A DNA stretch of 64,000 bases from Chloroflexia bacterium (GCA_038229595.1 JBBROH010000002.1:9214-73213); one strand, 5' to 3'; shown: positions 26,378-35,810, counted from the stretch's first letter. Translations and numbers: made by a program. The notes: generated by a model not told the origin, from the letters alone.

Positions 26378-28932
26378 ACCGTTTCCTCCCTCTCGTTGGC
26401 AACCTTGAGCAACTCGTTGGCCCGGCTGCCGCCGTCCTCCGCACTGTGCGCCTCTTGCAGGGTGATCGGCCCCTCGGCACTGAGAACGCGGTCGCCGATC
26501 ATGCGCGGTGTGTCCCACTCCACTTGCGGGTGGGTCTCCACCTCCTCCTCGTCCAGCGGCAAGACCTCTGGCGGGCTAAACTGGCCCGGCTCTGGCTGCT
26601 CGCTGATCAGCGGCAAGGTGATAGTGAAGGTGCTACCCTCCCCTTCGCCCTTGCTGAAGACCGCCACGGTGCCGCCCATCAGGGTCGCCAGGCGGCGCGT
26701 GATCGCCAGACCGAGGCCAGTGCCACCGTACTGCCGGGTAGTAGAGCCGTCGGCTTGACGGAACTCCTCGAAGATCAGGGCGTACTTGTCCTGGGGGATG
26801 CCGATGCCAGTGTCGGTCACGGTTAGGGCGTAGAGTTCGTTGCTCACCCGCCGCGCCCGCACCGTCACGCTGCCAGTGTTGGTGAACTTGACGGCATTGG
26901 AGGCGAGATTAAGCAGGATTTGTTGCAGGCGGTCAGAGTCGCCGATCAGGGTGGGTGGGAGTTGGGGGTCAATATAGTGGCGCAGAGCCAGCTTCTTCTG
27001 CTGGGCCAGCGGCCCGACCGTGTTGAGGACGGTGAGGATCAGTTCGCGCACCGAGAACGGAGCAGTGACCAACTCAAAGCGACCCGCCTCAATCTTAGAG
27101 AGGTCCAGCACGTCCGTGATCAGGTTGAGCAAGGTGCCTGCGTTGCGCTGCACCCGACCCAGGCTGGTCTGCTGGCCCTCGTTCAACTCGCCAAACAGAC
27201 CATCCAGCAGCATATCAACGTAGCCAATAATCGAGTTGAGCGGGGTACGCAGTTCGTGGCTGATAGTGGAGAGAAACTCGGTCTTGAGGCGGCTGATCGA
27301 GAGCAACTGCTCGTTCGCGCTCCGCAAGTCGGTGTAGATGCGGGCCGTCTCCAACACGGCGGCGGCCTGGTTGGTGAACAACACCAACATCTGCTCATCA
27401 TCGTCGCTGAACACCCGCCGCTCGCTGTCGTCCAACACATCCAGCACGCCGATCAGCTTGCCGCGCTTGTTAAGCAGCGGGCTGGCGATCACGGCGGTGA
27501 AAGGGGAGTCGGCGTAGCGGGCTGCCTTCCCCTCCCAGGTGCGGTAGTTGTTGACCCTGAGCGGCTGGCGGCTGGCAGCCACCTGCCCGGCCAACCCCTC
27601 ACCAACTGCCAGGTAGGTGCCGCAGTAATCGCGGTCTAGATTGTAGGAGGTAACGCATTCCAGCCGGTGCTGACTGCTATCATAGAGGTAGATCGCTGCC
27701 CCACGCGCCGAGAGCAGGCTAACCGAGTGCAGGGTGACAGTATCGAGCAGATTTTGCAGTTCGCGCTGGCGGGTGATCTCCAACGAGGTGCGATAGATCA
27801 ACTCCAACTGCTGCGCCCTTTTCTCTGCGTCGCTAAGTTGCGCGAGGCTGTAGAGCGCGCCGACCAGTTGGCCGCCAATGATGGCGAATACATCGAGGTC
27901 GTCAGCATCCGCCTGCGCCAACAGGGTCGAGCCGACGATCAGCAAGCCAGCCAACCTGCCGCCGCCAAGCAGCGGGGTGATGATCGCGCTGCCCAGGTGC
28001 AGTTGCTTGAGCAGGGGCAGGTAGAAGTCGTTTTGTTCGCTGCTGCAAGCTACTGGGCGGCCCTCGTCGGTCAGGGCGGCCCACAACGGTTGGTCGGGGT
28101 CGAAGGGGAGAGCAAGGCTGGGGGTGATGCGCCGTTCGGCCAGCAAACCAGAGCGGGCGACCAACTGCTCCCCCTCCACCAGCATGACCAAGCCGAACTC
28201 GTAGCCGAACTCGCCGGTGACGACCGCCACGATGTGATCGAGCAGAGCCTGGCGGTCGAGGGTGCCGCTGATTTCGGTGCCAACCCGGTGCATGGCAAAG
28301 AGGCCCGCCAGCCGCCTACCCAGGCGGTCGCGGGAGTGGCTAACCTCGGCCTCGGTTGCGCTCACCTGCTCCAAATGGCTCTCTGCCTCCTGCAACTGCG
28401 CCTCAAGGTGCTGGTACTGGTCGCGCAGATGGGTATAGCGGCGGGTGTAGTTGAGGGTAGCGGCGATCAGGCGGGCCGCTGGCTTGACCTTCTGCAACTC
28501 CTCCTGCCCCAGGGTGCCGGGCTTGCGGCTCTCCAGGTTGAGGACACCGATCACCTCACCGTCCACCACCAGGGGCAAAGCCAGTTCGCCCATCGAAGTG
28601 GGTGGGCCAATCTTGCCGTACACGGCATCCAGGTTGAAGTATTCGGGGTCGCGGCCAGGGTGGGTGATGATCGCGGCCCGCCCGCTCTGGGCCACTCGCT
28701 GCACGATCCCGCGACCAGGCGGCAAGCTGAGGCCAACTGGATTGTAGCTGATCGGGCGGGCCGACCAGTAGGCGACAAACATCAGGTCGTCGCTCTCTGG
28801 CTGGCGCAGCAACACAGAAGCCTGATCGAACTGCACGATCTCGGCCAGGCTGGCTAGCATGGTAGTCAGATCGCGTTCGACCGATAGTTCGCGGTCGCTA
28901 CTTGCGGGTTGGGCGGTGGCTGCGCTGGTCAT
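26374..28932 (-). CDS. multi-GAF sensor histidine kinase
   Basis: 852 aa. At least three GAF-like modules. Coiled-coil. His[21 protein letters not shown]. HATPase_c ([11 protein letters not shown]..., [38 protein letters not shown]). No receiver domain. Confidence 0.8.
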   Translation of the reverse strand: MTSAATAQPASSDRELSVERDLTTMLASLAEIVQFDQASVLLRQPESDDLMFVAYWSARPISYNPVGLSLPPGRGIVQRVAQSGRAAIITHPGRDPEYFNLDAVYGKIGPPTSMGELALPLVVDGEVIGVLNLESRKPGTLGQEELQKVKPAARLIAATLNYTRRYTHLRDQYQHLEAQLQEAESHLEQVSATEAEVSHSRDRLGRRLAGLFAMHRVGTEISGTLDRQALLDHIVAVVTGEFGYEFGLVMLVEGEQLVARSGLLAERRITPSLALPFDPDQPLWAALTDEGRPVACSSEQNDFYLPLLKQLHLGSAIITPLLGGGRLAGLLIVGSTLLAQADADDLDVFAIIGGQLVGALYSLAQLSDAEKRAQQLELIYRTSLEITRQRELQNLLDTVTLHSVSLLSARGAAIYLYDSSQHRLECVTSYNLDRDYCGTYLAVGEGLAGQVAASRQPLRVNNYRTWEGKAARYADSPFTAVIASPLLNKRGKLIGVLDVLDDSERRVFSDDDEQMLVLFTNQAAAVLETARIYTDLRSANEQLLSISRLKTEFLSTISHELRTPLNSIIGYVDMLLDGLFGELNEGQQTSLGRVQRNAGTLLNLITDVLDLSKIEAGRFELVTAPFSVRELILTVLNTVGPLAQQKKLALRHYIDPQLPPTLIGDSDRLQQILLNLASNAVKFTNTGSVTVRARRVSNELYALTVTDTGIGIPQDKYALIFEEFRQADGSTTRQYGGTGLGLAITRRLATLMGGTVAVFSKGEGEGSTFTITLPLISEQPEPGQFSPPEVLPLDEEEVETHPQVEWDTPRMIGDRVLSAEGPITLQEAHSAEDGGSRANELLKVANEREETV

Positions 28933-28943
28933 GGCTGGCTACT

Positions 28944-29381
28944 CTAGTTGCTAGGTGCGCTGGGTTGGGGCGGCAGGGTCGCGGGCGAAGAATGGTACTC
29001 GGCCAACTGCTGCTCAACCATACTGACGAGGGCGTTGATCGTGATCGGCTTGGTCAGGTAGGCACTGCACCCGGCTTGCAGAGCCAGGTCACGGTCGTCG
29101 CTGAGAACGTTGGCGGTGAGGGCGACGATGGGGCGGCTGACGAACTCTGGCAAGGCACGGATCATCCGCGCCGCTTGCCAGCCGTCAAGGATGGGCAGCG
29201 AGAGGTCCATCAAGATCAGGTCGGGTTGGGGGCCGTCTTTGCCAGCGGCCATGCAGATGTTGACTGCTTCGCGCCCGTTGACCGCTTCGATCACCCGGTA
29301 GCCGCGCAAGGTAAGTAGTATCTTTACCATGTCGCGGCTATCGAAATTGTCTTCTACCACCAGGATCAACTCACCGGCCAT
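28944..29381 (-). CDS. single-domain (CheY-like) response regulator receiver
   Basis: LILVVEDNFDSRDMV...DLILMDLSLPILDGWQ...ALTANVLSDDRDLALQAGCSAYLTKPI. No output domain. Start taken at MAGELILVV (29381). Confidence 0.8.
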   Translation of the reverse strand: MAGELILVVEDNFDSRDMVKILLTLRGYRVIEAVNGREAVNICMAAGKDGPQPDLILMDLSLPILDGWQAARMIRALPEFVSRPIVALTANVLSDDRDLALQAGCSAYLTKPITINALVSMVEQQLAEYHSSPATLPPQPSAPSN

Positions 29382-29486
29382 TAGCTGCTCCCTTGCCGCA
29401 CCAGATAACGGCCCACCCATATTTTGGTTCGCAAGGCTATTATAACACAGTAGCAAGGTAGATAGGAGAAACAGGCTAGCCGCTCG

Positions 29487-29672
29487 TCACTCGTCCTCCT
29501 CGTAGGGGCAGTTGCGGCAGCCGTTGCCACAGCAGTAGCCGCGCTCAAGCAGGAACTCGCGGCAGAGCGCGCCATCAGCATCGAAGGGATAGCTGGCAGG
29601 TAGCTCCTGCTCTGCTGCTGGCGGGCTGGCGGGCTGGTTGCTCGGCTCAGGCGACGGCTTTGGCATAGTCAT
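29487..29672 (-). CDS. small Cys-rich protein (CC-x3-C-x2-C motif)
   Basis: 61 aa. MTMPKPSPEPSNQPASPPAAEQELPASYPFDADGALCREFLLERGYCCGNGCRNCPYEEDE. Overlaps the upstream gene's 3' end by 26 nt. Coding status uncertain. Confidence 0.35.
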   Translation of the reverse strand: MTMPKPSPEPSNQPASPPAAEQELPASYPFDADGALCREFLLERGYCCGNGCRNCPYEEDE

Positions 29673-30453
29673 CTTCCTTGAGCGTAGTCAACCGCGTGTA
29701 GTAGAAGCGACGTTGGAAGCGGTAGAGTATCTTCAGCGTCGCCCCACCCAGGGTCAGCACCAGCAGCAGGTTGAGGGCGGATCGCCAGAGATCGTAGGCG
29801 AACGAGGTAGCGAAGTAGAAGATGGTGAAGCGGCTGACCAGTTCGCCAACCCGCTCCAGGCCACTGCTGCTGAGGTTAGTTGCGTCGGCAGAGGCGGGCC
29901 AGAACCAGAGGTTGAGCAAGGCACCGTAGAGCAAGCCCCAGCCCAGCCCCAGCAGGCCGAGCGCAGTCAGGTTGAGGGCCATGTTAGCCTGCCAGCGACG
30001 CAGCAACCGACCGAGTAGCCCCGCACTTGCGCCTAGCCAGGCGGCAGCCAGCATCTGGTAAGGCAGCCAGGGGCCAAAGCCGCCAGTCACTATCGCCGAA
30101 ACGAAGATGGTCAGCGCGCCAAAGAGGAAGCCGAAACCCGCCCCGAACACGTAGCCGCCGACCAGCAGCAGGAAGAAGATCGGGGAGGCTCCGCCAAAGG
30201 TAGGCAGTAGCCGCAACGCGCCGTTCAGGGCCGCCAGCACCGCCAGCAGAGCGACACCCTTCGCGTCCAACTCTTGCCCCTGCACGGCACCGAGGCCAAC
30301 CACCAGCACCAGCACTCCGAGCAGCAGGGTGGCAGCCAGGGGCGGCACTGCACTGGCGAAGAAGGGCCAGAGTAGCATCGCCAGCCCCAACAGCGTGCTG
30401 AGCAGCAGGGCCAGGTTAGCGATCAGGCGGCCTTGCCCCCACTCATCCCGCAT
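29647..30453 (-). CDS. polytopic membrane protein, candidate ECF-transporter substrate-capture (S) component
   Basis: About 268 aa with six or seven TM helices. Translationally coupled to the EcfAA' gene (start overlaps its stop). No recognisable soluble domain. Assignment is by context only. Confidence 0.4.
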   Translation of the reverse strand: MRDEWGQGRLIANLALLLSTLLGLAMLLWPFFASAVPPLAATLLLGVLVLVVGLGAVQGQELDAKGVALLAVLAALNGALRLLPTFGGASPIFFLLLVGGYVFGAGFGFLFGALTIFVSAIVTGGFGPWLPYQMLAAAWLGASAGLLGRLLRRWQANMALNLTALGLLGLGWGLLYGALLNLWFWPASADATNLSSSGLERVGELVSRFTIFYFATSFAYDLWRSALNLLLVLTLGGATLKILYRFQRRFYYTRLTTLKEDDYAKAVA

Positions 30454-32086
30454 CTTGCACCCCCACATCTTGCCCCGCCATCGCCTCGGCCACCGTCAGG
30501 AACCGTCCGTTGGTCAGCTTGCCGATCTGCGAGGAGAAGATCAGCGACTCGCTGAGGACGGCGCGGGTTGGGCCGTCCACCGCGATCTCGCCCGCCGCCA
30601 GTAGGGCCACCCGGTCAGCGACTTCGGCGACCAACTCTACGTCGTGGGTGACAAGCACTACCGCCCGGCCCGCCGCCCGCAACCAGCGCAGGTAAGCGAC
30701 CAATGCCCCCTTGCTCTCGTAATCCAGCCCGCGAGTTGGCTCATCCAACAGCACCAGGGCAGGGTCAGCGACGAGCAGGGCGGCAATCGCCACCCGCTGC
30801 TGCTGGCCGATGCTAAGGTCACGCGGGTAGCAGTCGGCCAGCCCGCTGAGGCCGAGCGCAGTCAACAAATCGGCGATCCGACCCTCGTCTACCGCCAGCT
30901 TGTGGCCGCGCAGGGTGAAGCGCAGCTCGTCGGCTACCGTGTCGGCAAAGAGCAGGCTAGAGGGGTTCTGCGGCACGTAGCCAACCTGCCGAGCAATCGC
31001 GCTGGGGTCAAGCCCAGCCACGCTGCGCCCCAGCACCTGAACCGCGCCCCGCTGCGGACGCAGCAGCCCGATCAGCAGCTTGAGCAGCGTAGTCTTGCCG
31101 CTGCCATTGCGCCCCAAAATCGCCAGCACCTCGCCCCCCCGAATGTCGAAGCTGACCCCACGCAACACTTCCCGCCTACCGTAACCAAACCACACTCCGC
31201 GCAAGTCCGCACTGCCTTCCTTCGCGGCGGGCGGGGTAGGACTGGCTGGCACAGCCTCCTCCCCTCGTGCGCGGGTAGGCAGGGTGGCGGTGAGTGAGCG
31301 GGCGAACGGCCTCGCTTCGCGCACAGTGAGCGGCAGCGGCTGCCAACCTAGCCGCTTCGCCAGGGTCAGCAACGGCGGGGTGAGCGGCACCTGGGCCAGA
31401 GCCTCGCGGGGCGGCCCGTCGGCAACGATGCGCCCAGCCGCCATGTACAGCAGGCGATCAGCATACTGCACCACCCGCTCCAGCCGATGTTCAGAGAGGA
31501 TGATCGTCATGCCCAGGTCGCTGTTCAGCTTTTGCAGCAAGGTCAGCACCTCCTCCGCACTCTGCGGATCGAGTTGCGAAGTCGGCTCGTCCAGCACCAG
31601 GATGGCGGGCTGCATCGCCAGAGCCGCCGCAATCGCCAGCCGCTGACGCTCACCCCCACTCAGGCTGCTGATCGGACGAGCGCGTAGCTGGTCGAGGTCG
31701 AGTTGATGCAGCAACTCCTCTACCCGCCGCCGCATCAGCGCGGGGTCAAGGCCGAGGTTCTCCATGCCGAAAGCGACCTCGCCCGCCACCTCCTCCGTCA
31801 CCGCCTGCGCCTCTGGGTCCTGGAAGACGAAGCCGACCCTGCCGCCCAACTGCTGCGGCTGCACAGTGAGGGTGTCCACGCCGTCTACCAGCACCCGCCC
31901 GCCAAACTTGCCGCCATAGAAGTGCGGCACCAGCCCAGCGATAGCCCGCAGCAGGGTGGACTTGCCCGCCCCGCTGCCGCCAACCAGCAGCACGAACGCC
32001 CCCTCTGGCACGCTGAGGTCAACCTCGTGCAGGGCAAAGGTGGTGGCGGTGGGGTAGCAGTAACTGAGCTTTTCGAGCTTGATCAT
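30443..32086 (-). CDS. energy-coupling-factor transporter ATPase, fused tandem EcfA-EcfA' (two ABC domains)
   Basis: Two complete ABC cassettes. Walker A GGSGAGKST / GRNGSGKTT. Signatures LSGGERQRLAIAAAL / LSIGQQQRVAIAALL. Walker B LVLDEPTSQLD / LLDEPTRGLD. Start at MIKLEKLSYCYP (32086) abuts the cyclase gene stop. Confidence 0.85.
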   Translation of the reverse strand: MIKLEKLSYCYPTATTFALHEVDLSVPEGAFVLLVGGSGAGKSTLLRAIAGLVPHFYGGKFGGRVLVDGVDTLTVQPQQLGGRVGFVFQDPEAQAVTEEVAGEVAFGMENLGLDPALMRRRVEELLHQLDLDQLRARPISSLSGGERQRLAIAAALAMQPAILVLDEPTSQLDPQSAEEVLTLLQKLNSDLGMTIILSEHRLERVVQYADRLLYMAAGRIVADGPPREALAQVPLTPPLLTLAKRLGWQPLPLTVREARPFARSLTATLPTRARGEEAVPASPTPPAAKEGSADLRGVWFGYGRREVLRGVSFDIRGGEVLAILGRNGSGKTTLLKLLIGLLRPQRGAVQVLGRSVAGLDPSAIARQVGYVPQNPSSLLFADTVADELRFTLRGHKLAVDEGRIADLLTALGLSGLADCYPRDLSIGQQQRVAIAALLVADPALVLLDEPTRGLDYESKGALVAYLRWLRAAGRAVVLVTHDVELVAEVADRVALLAAGEIAVDGPTRAVLSESLIFSSQIGKLTNGRFLTVAEAMAGQDVGVQDAG

Positions 32087-32087
32087 T

Positions 32088-32741
32088 TCACTCCAAGATG
32101 GCGAAGGCGCGCACTGGGAAGCTCGTACCCCCTTCGATGGCGGGCGGCACGGCGAAGAAACGGCTGCCTTCAGCCGGTAGCTGCTCAAGGCTACAGAGGT
32201 GTTCGATGATCGGGATGCTCGCACCGAGCAAGATGGTGTGAGCAGGGCGCGATTTGTCTGTCATAGCGTCCAGGTTGGCGCAATCTATGCCGACCAGGGC
32301 CGCGCCTGCCGCCACCAATGCTTCACAGGCGGCAGCGGTGAGGTAGGGGCCGGAGCGGAAGTAGTCCCCGCCCCAGCGTTGCGCCCAGCCGCTATGCACC
32401 AACACCGCCTTGCCGCGCACTGCCAGCCCAACGAAAGCCTCTGGCCCAACCGCCCCCTCCAGGGCGACAGCAACTACGATGGCGGGCAGGTTCGCCAGCC
32501 TGTCCAGAGGCAGCTTCGCCAAATCCGCAAGGCTGGCATGGCGGTGGAAGGGAGCATCCACATAGGTACCAGTGTTGCCCGCGATCTCGTAGGTAGCAAT
32601 CTGGAAGGTCGTACCGGGGGCATAGTTGCCACGGGCCACGCTCTGCTCGTGCGTAAAGAGGATGTGGAAGCGGGGTTCTGGCACGCCAGGGTAGGAGGGC
32701 ATGGCAGGGCCGAGCGGGTGACTGAGGTCGATCAGGGTCAT
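32088..32741 (-). CDS. cyclase-family protein (kynurenine-formamidase-like metal hydrolase fold, PF04199-like)
   Basis: MTLIDLSHPLGPAMPSYPGVPEP...GNTGTYVDAPFHRH matches the HxGTHxDAPxH-type motif (first His replaced). About 217 aa. Embedded between the EcfT and EcfAA' genes. Confidence 0.6.
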   Translation of the reverse strand: MTLIDLSHPLGPAMPSYPGVPEPRFHILFTHEQSVARGNYAPGTTFQIATYEIAGNTGTYVDAPFHRHASLADLAKLPLDRLANLPAIVVAVALEGAVGPEAFVGLAVRGKAVLVHSGWAQRWGGDYFRSGPYLTAAACEALVAAGAALVGIDCANLDAMTDKSRPAHTILLGASIPIIEHLCSLEQLPAEGSRFFAVPPAIEGGTSFPVRAFAILE

Positions 32742-34552
32742 GGTTCGCTCCTTTGCAGCACGCTGGCTGCCGTCTGGTCGGGCTGGCGGGCGTGGATTAG
32801 ACTGACCAGAGCAGGGGGTAGCAGCAGCGCGCTGGTCAGCAAGGCGGGTAGGAGGTCGAAGGGCGGCCACTGCAACTGGGGGTAGGGGTAGTAGTCCAGT
32901 GGCAGGCTGCTGAACAGGCGCAGCAGGGCGAAGCTGGTGGCTACTGCCAGCCCGACCGCCAGCAGCACCCGGTCACGTGGCCGCCAGACAAGGTGGCGGT
33001 AGGCAGTGCGCCCCTTGAAGCCGGGCGGCCCATAGCCCCACGCTCGCGTTGCCAACGCCTCGGCCAACTGGCTAGCCTGCTCCAGGCTGAGGAGCAGGAG
33101 GGGGGCGACCAGGGGTAGGAGGTTGCGCGCCCGCACCCGATAGCCACGCAACTGCTGGGCCTGCTGCACGTTGCGCGCCGCCGCCACTGTCTGTGGCACA
33201 AACAGCACTGCGATGCTGGCGACCAGGCCCAGCCGCCGCAGCGGGCCGGGGATCAGGCCCAGCACCTCTCGGTGGCTAACCACCCGATTGAAGGTGGCAA
33301 AGACGGCCAGCAGGGTGAGGATGGTCAGCCCCTTGCTTGCGCCCCAGGCCAGCCCCTCGGCGGTAAGGATGCCGCCAATTGCGGGCCACTCTCGCGGGAG
33401 GGTGAGCAAAACAGTACGCCCAGCGTGCGCGGTCAAGAAGTTGAACAGGGTAATGAAGGCGAAGCTGACCACGCCCAGGCGTAGCAGCACGCTGCCCTGC
33501 TGCTGCCCCTCTAGCGGGGCGGCGCAGGCCCGATAGACGATCAGGCTAGTCAGCAGCAGCATAGCCAGATAGTAGGGGTTGCTGCCCACCGCCAGCACCG
33601 CCGCTAGCAGCCACCCCAGCCAGGCCCTGCTGTTCAACGGCTCCCCTGTTGCACCGCGCCCGACCAGCAGCAGCAGCCCGAGTAGCAAGATGATGGCGAC
33701 CGCCAGCCCCTCTGCACCACGGCCTGCGCCTGGTGGTTGGCTCGTAGCCACCAGCAGCACGTCTGCCGCCCCCGGCGTGGTCGTTGCGGTGACAACCAGG
33801 GTGGCGGTAAGCGTCGCTGCTGGGGTCTCGCTCGGTGGTGGTGGAGGCGTGGCGGTTGCTTGCGGCGTGGCGGTGGCTGCCTGCGCTGTTGTTGTGGCTA
33901 GCGTAGCCTGCCCAACAATCGGGCTGGGGCTGGGCATAGCGGTGGCTGGGGCTGGCCTAGTAGTAGCCGGGGCCGTGCGTGTCGGCGTACTGCTGGGGCG
34001 CGGCAGGCGGGTGGGGGCGTGCGTAGCAGTCGGCGGCGGGGGCTGGTAGAGGTCGGCGAAGCTGTAGAGCGGTGGTTGCTCCTTGCCACCCCAGGCCCAG
34101 CTCTCTACCGCTCCGTCGCGCACCCGATAGTCGCCTGCGCCAGAGTTGGCTAGCCGCCACTGGGCGGGCGGGCCAGCGTCGAGGTGGAAGTACCGCCAGA
34201 ACTTGCACTCTGCGCCCTGGCATTGGCAGAAGGCCGACTGGCCGGGGGGGTGGCAGCCCTCACCCTGGAGCGCGGCCACCGCGCCACCCAGACCGAGGTA
34301 GTCTATCTCTGCCTCCAGACTGGCCCGCTCAAGCAGTTCCAGCCCGCTGATGCTCTCTGTGCTGAAAGCCACCACCCTGGTCACTACGCGCCCATCTCCA
34401 TGCCGCACCACCAGAGCCGCGTGATGCAGCGGCGGGCCAACAACCGGTTGCGCGGCAGCAGCATTGCCCACAAAGAGGATCAGGGCTAGCAGGCAGAGCA
34501 GCCCTCCCCCTGCCCACTTGGGCGGCAGGCGAGAGGAACGGAATGAGGACAT
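32738..34552 (-). CDS. DUF4430 (transcobalamin beta-domain-like) extracytoplasmic domain fused to ECF transporter T component (EcfT/CbiQ)
   Basis: N-terminal signal/TM (GGLLCLLALILFVGNAAAA). DUF4430-like segment (ISGLELLERASLEAEIDYLGLGGAVAALQGEG...FWRYFHLDAGPPAQWRLANSGAGDYRVRDGAVESWAWG). About 100-aa Pro/Thr/Ala linker. C-terminal CbiQ-type membrane domain (ARNVQQAQQLRGYRVRARNL... conserved EcfT loop). Start uncertain: 34552 or 34627. Confidence 0.65.
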   Translation of the reverse strand: MSSFRSSRLPPKWAGGGLLCLLALILFVGNAAAAQPVVGPPLHHAALVVRHGDGRVVTRVVAFSTESISGLELLERASLEAEIDYLGLGGAVAALQGEGCHPPGQSAFCQCQGAECKFWRYFHLDAGPPAQWRLANSGAGDYRVRDGAVESWAWGGKEQPPLYSFADLYQPPPPTATHAPTRLPRPSSTPTRTAPATTRPAPATAMPSPSPIVGQATLATTTAQAATATPQATATPPPPPSETPAATLTATLVVTATTTPGAADVLLVATSQPPGAGRGAEGLAVAIILLLGLLLLVGRGATGEPLNSRAWLGWLLAAVLAVGSNPYYLAMLLLTSLIVYRACAAPLEGQQQGSVLLRLGVVSFAFITLFNFLTAHAGRTVLLTLPREWPAIGGILTAEGLAWGASKGLTILTLLAVFATFNRVVSHREVLGLIPGPLRRLGLVASIAVLFVPQTVAAARNVQQAQQLRGYRVRARNLLPLVAPLLLLSLEQASQLAEALATRAWGYGPPGFKGRTAYRHLVWRPRDRVLLAVGLAVATSFALLRLFSSLPLDYYPYPQLQWPPFDLLPALLTSALLLPPALVSLIHARQPDQTAASVLQRSEP

Positions 34553-34638
34553 CCCCACCCTGCCCTCCCCAGCGAGCAGGGAGGGTTCAGGGGTAGAAGC
34601 GGGCCTGATCGTGCCAGGGAGGTGCAAGCGGGTGCTTT

Positions 34639-35784
34639 CTAGCTGCGCCGGGGGCGGAGCAGCAAGCCGCCCACCAGCCCGCCGAGCGCGAGGGCGAACA
34701 AGGTCAGCAGCCAGCCGTAGTCGCTGCTACCGGTGCGCGGTAGGCGGGGGATGCTAGGCGGGGTAGCGACCATGCTACTGTCGTTGGCGACGGCGGGGGT
34801 GTCGCTCACCGCTGCGCTGCCTGCCGCGTCGGGGATCGCAATTGGCAGGGTGGCATAGCGCAGGGCGGGGATCGCCTGCAAGGTCGCCAGCACGTTATCT
34901 TCGCCGCTTGCGCCCTGGAAGCGGAAGGCACCGTCGGCGTTCTGCAACTTGAGCAGGGCAGCTAGCGGGTCATTGCCAGCCGCACTCTTGAAGCCAGCGG
35001 GGTCGAGGTTAGCGGCCAGCAAACCCTGGATTACGTAGGCGGTCGAGTTCGCGTCGGTGTCGGTGCCATACTGACTGGGCTTCTGGTAGGGGAAGCCGCC
35101 GTCGTCGTTCTGCTGCGTCTTGAGGTAGGCAACCGCCTGGGTGATCGCCGCGTCGTCGGCAGCCACGCCATTGGCGGCCAGGGTCTGGATCACCAGCGCA
35201 GTGGTGTTGCTGTCCCCCTCACCGGCTGCGCCCAACCCCGCGAAGGCAAAGCTGCCATCGGCAAGCTGGAGCTTCTTCAGCGCGTCAATCGCCGCTTGGG
35301 GTGCGCCGATGCGACTTTGTAGCAGACAATATGCCTGGTCGAGAGTGGTCTTGCCGAAGGTGGCGGTCGTCTTGTCGTAAGCCTTGCTGATCGCTTCGAA
35401 GACCGCCTTCGGCAGGTAGCCACGCCCAGCGAGGGCTACCTTGCAGGCGGCGGCGGGCGAACTGGCGGTGGCCCCGTTCGCCACCAAGTAAGCGAGCAGC
35501 GACTTGCCGCCCTTCGCCACGCCAGTCAACTCTGCCCCACTGGCGGCGAAAGCAAAGGCGGCATCAGTGGATTGGCCGAGGGTGGACGGCCCCTTGAGCG
35601 CAGGGCCAAAGCCGCCGTCGGCTTGTTGTGCGCCGCGCAGCCAGCTAGCCGCCGTTTGCGCGGCGGTGGTTGCGGCGGCAGGGGCAGCGGCAGGGGCGGC
35701 GGGGGCGGCGGCAGCGGGCGGGCCGAAGCCGATCAACATGGTCAGTACCAGCAGCAGGCTACTCAACTTCTTGGCGTAGGACAT
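34639..35784 (-). CDS. secreted alpha/alpha-toroid (prenyltransferase/squalene-cyclase-repeat) protein with C-terminal LPXTG sortase anchor; candidate cobalamin-binding alpha-domain analogue
   Basis: Signal peptide MSYAKKLSSLLLVLTMLIGFGPPAAAAP after an AAAGGAG RBS. Repeated Q..DGGF-type motifs (QQADGGFG, QLADGSFAF, QQNDDGGFPYQ, QNADGAFRFQ). C-terminal LPRTG, then a hydrophobic helix and RPRRS. Confidence 0.6.
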   Translation of the reverse strand: MSYAKKLSSLLLVLTMLIGFGPPAAAAPAAPAAAPAAATTAAQTAASWLRGAQQADGGFGPALKGPSTLGQSTDAAFAFAASGAELTGVAKGGKSLLAYLVANGATASSPAAACKVALAGRGYLPKAVFEAISKAYDKTTATFGKTTLDQAYCLLQSRIGAPQAAIDALKKLQLADGSFAFAGLGAAGEGDSNTTALVIQTLAANGVAADDAAITQAVAYLKTQQNDDGGFPYQKPSQYGTDTDANSTAYVIQGLLAANLDPAGFKSAAGNDPLAALLKLQNADGAFRFQGASGEDNVLATLQAIPALRYATLPIAIPDAAGSAAVSDTPAVANDSSMVATPPSIPRLPRTGSSDYGWLLTLFALALGGLVGGLLLRPRRS

Positions 35785-35810
35785 GGACGCTCCTTTTCTT
35801 CCCCGTAGGG

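Noticed and set aside
217-28857. Many long ORFs antisense to annotated genes (e.g. 217..804+, 1366..1983-, 10162..11583+, 15277..16221+, 24197..25750+, 27667..28857+, 38153..38902+)
   Set aside because: These are typical high-GC shadow ORFs. They have Arg/Ala/Gly/Pro-rich compositions, no domain signatures and no RBS, and they lie fully inside better-supported genes on the opposite strand.
29487-29672. Cys-rich 61-aa ORF as a selenoprotein or ribosomally synthesised peptide precursor
   Set aside because: There is no in-frame TGA and no adjacent modification enzymes (radical SAM, YcaO, lanthipeptide synthetase). It is kept only as a low-confidence small CDS.
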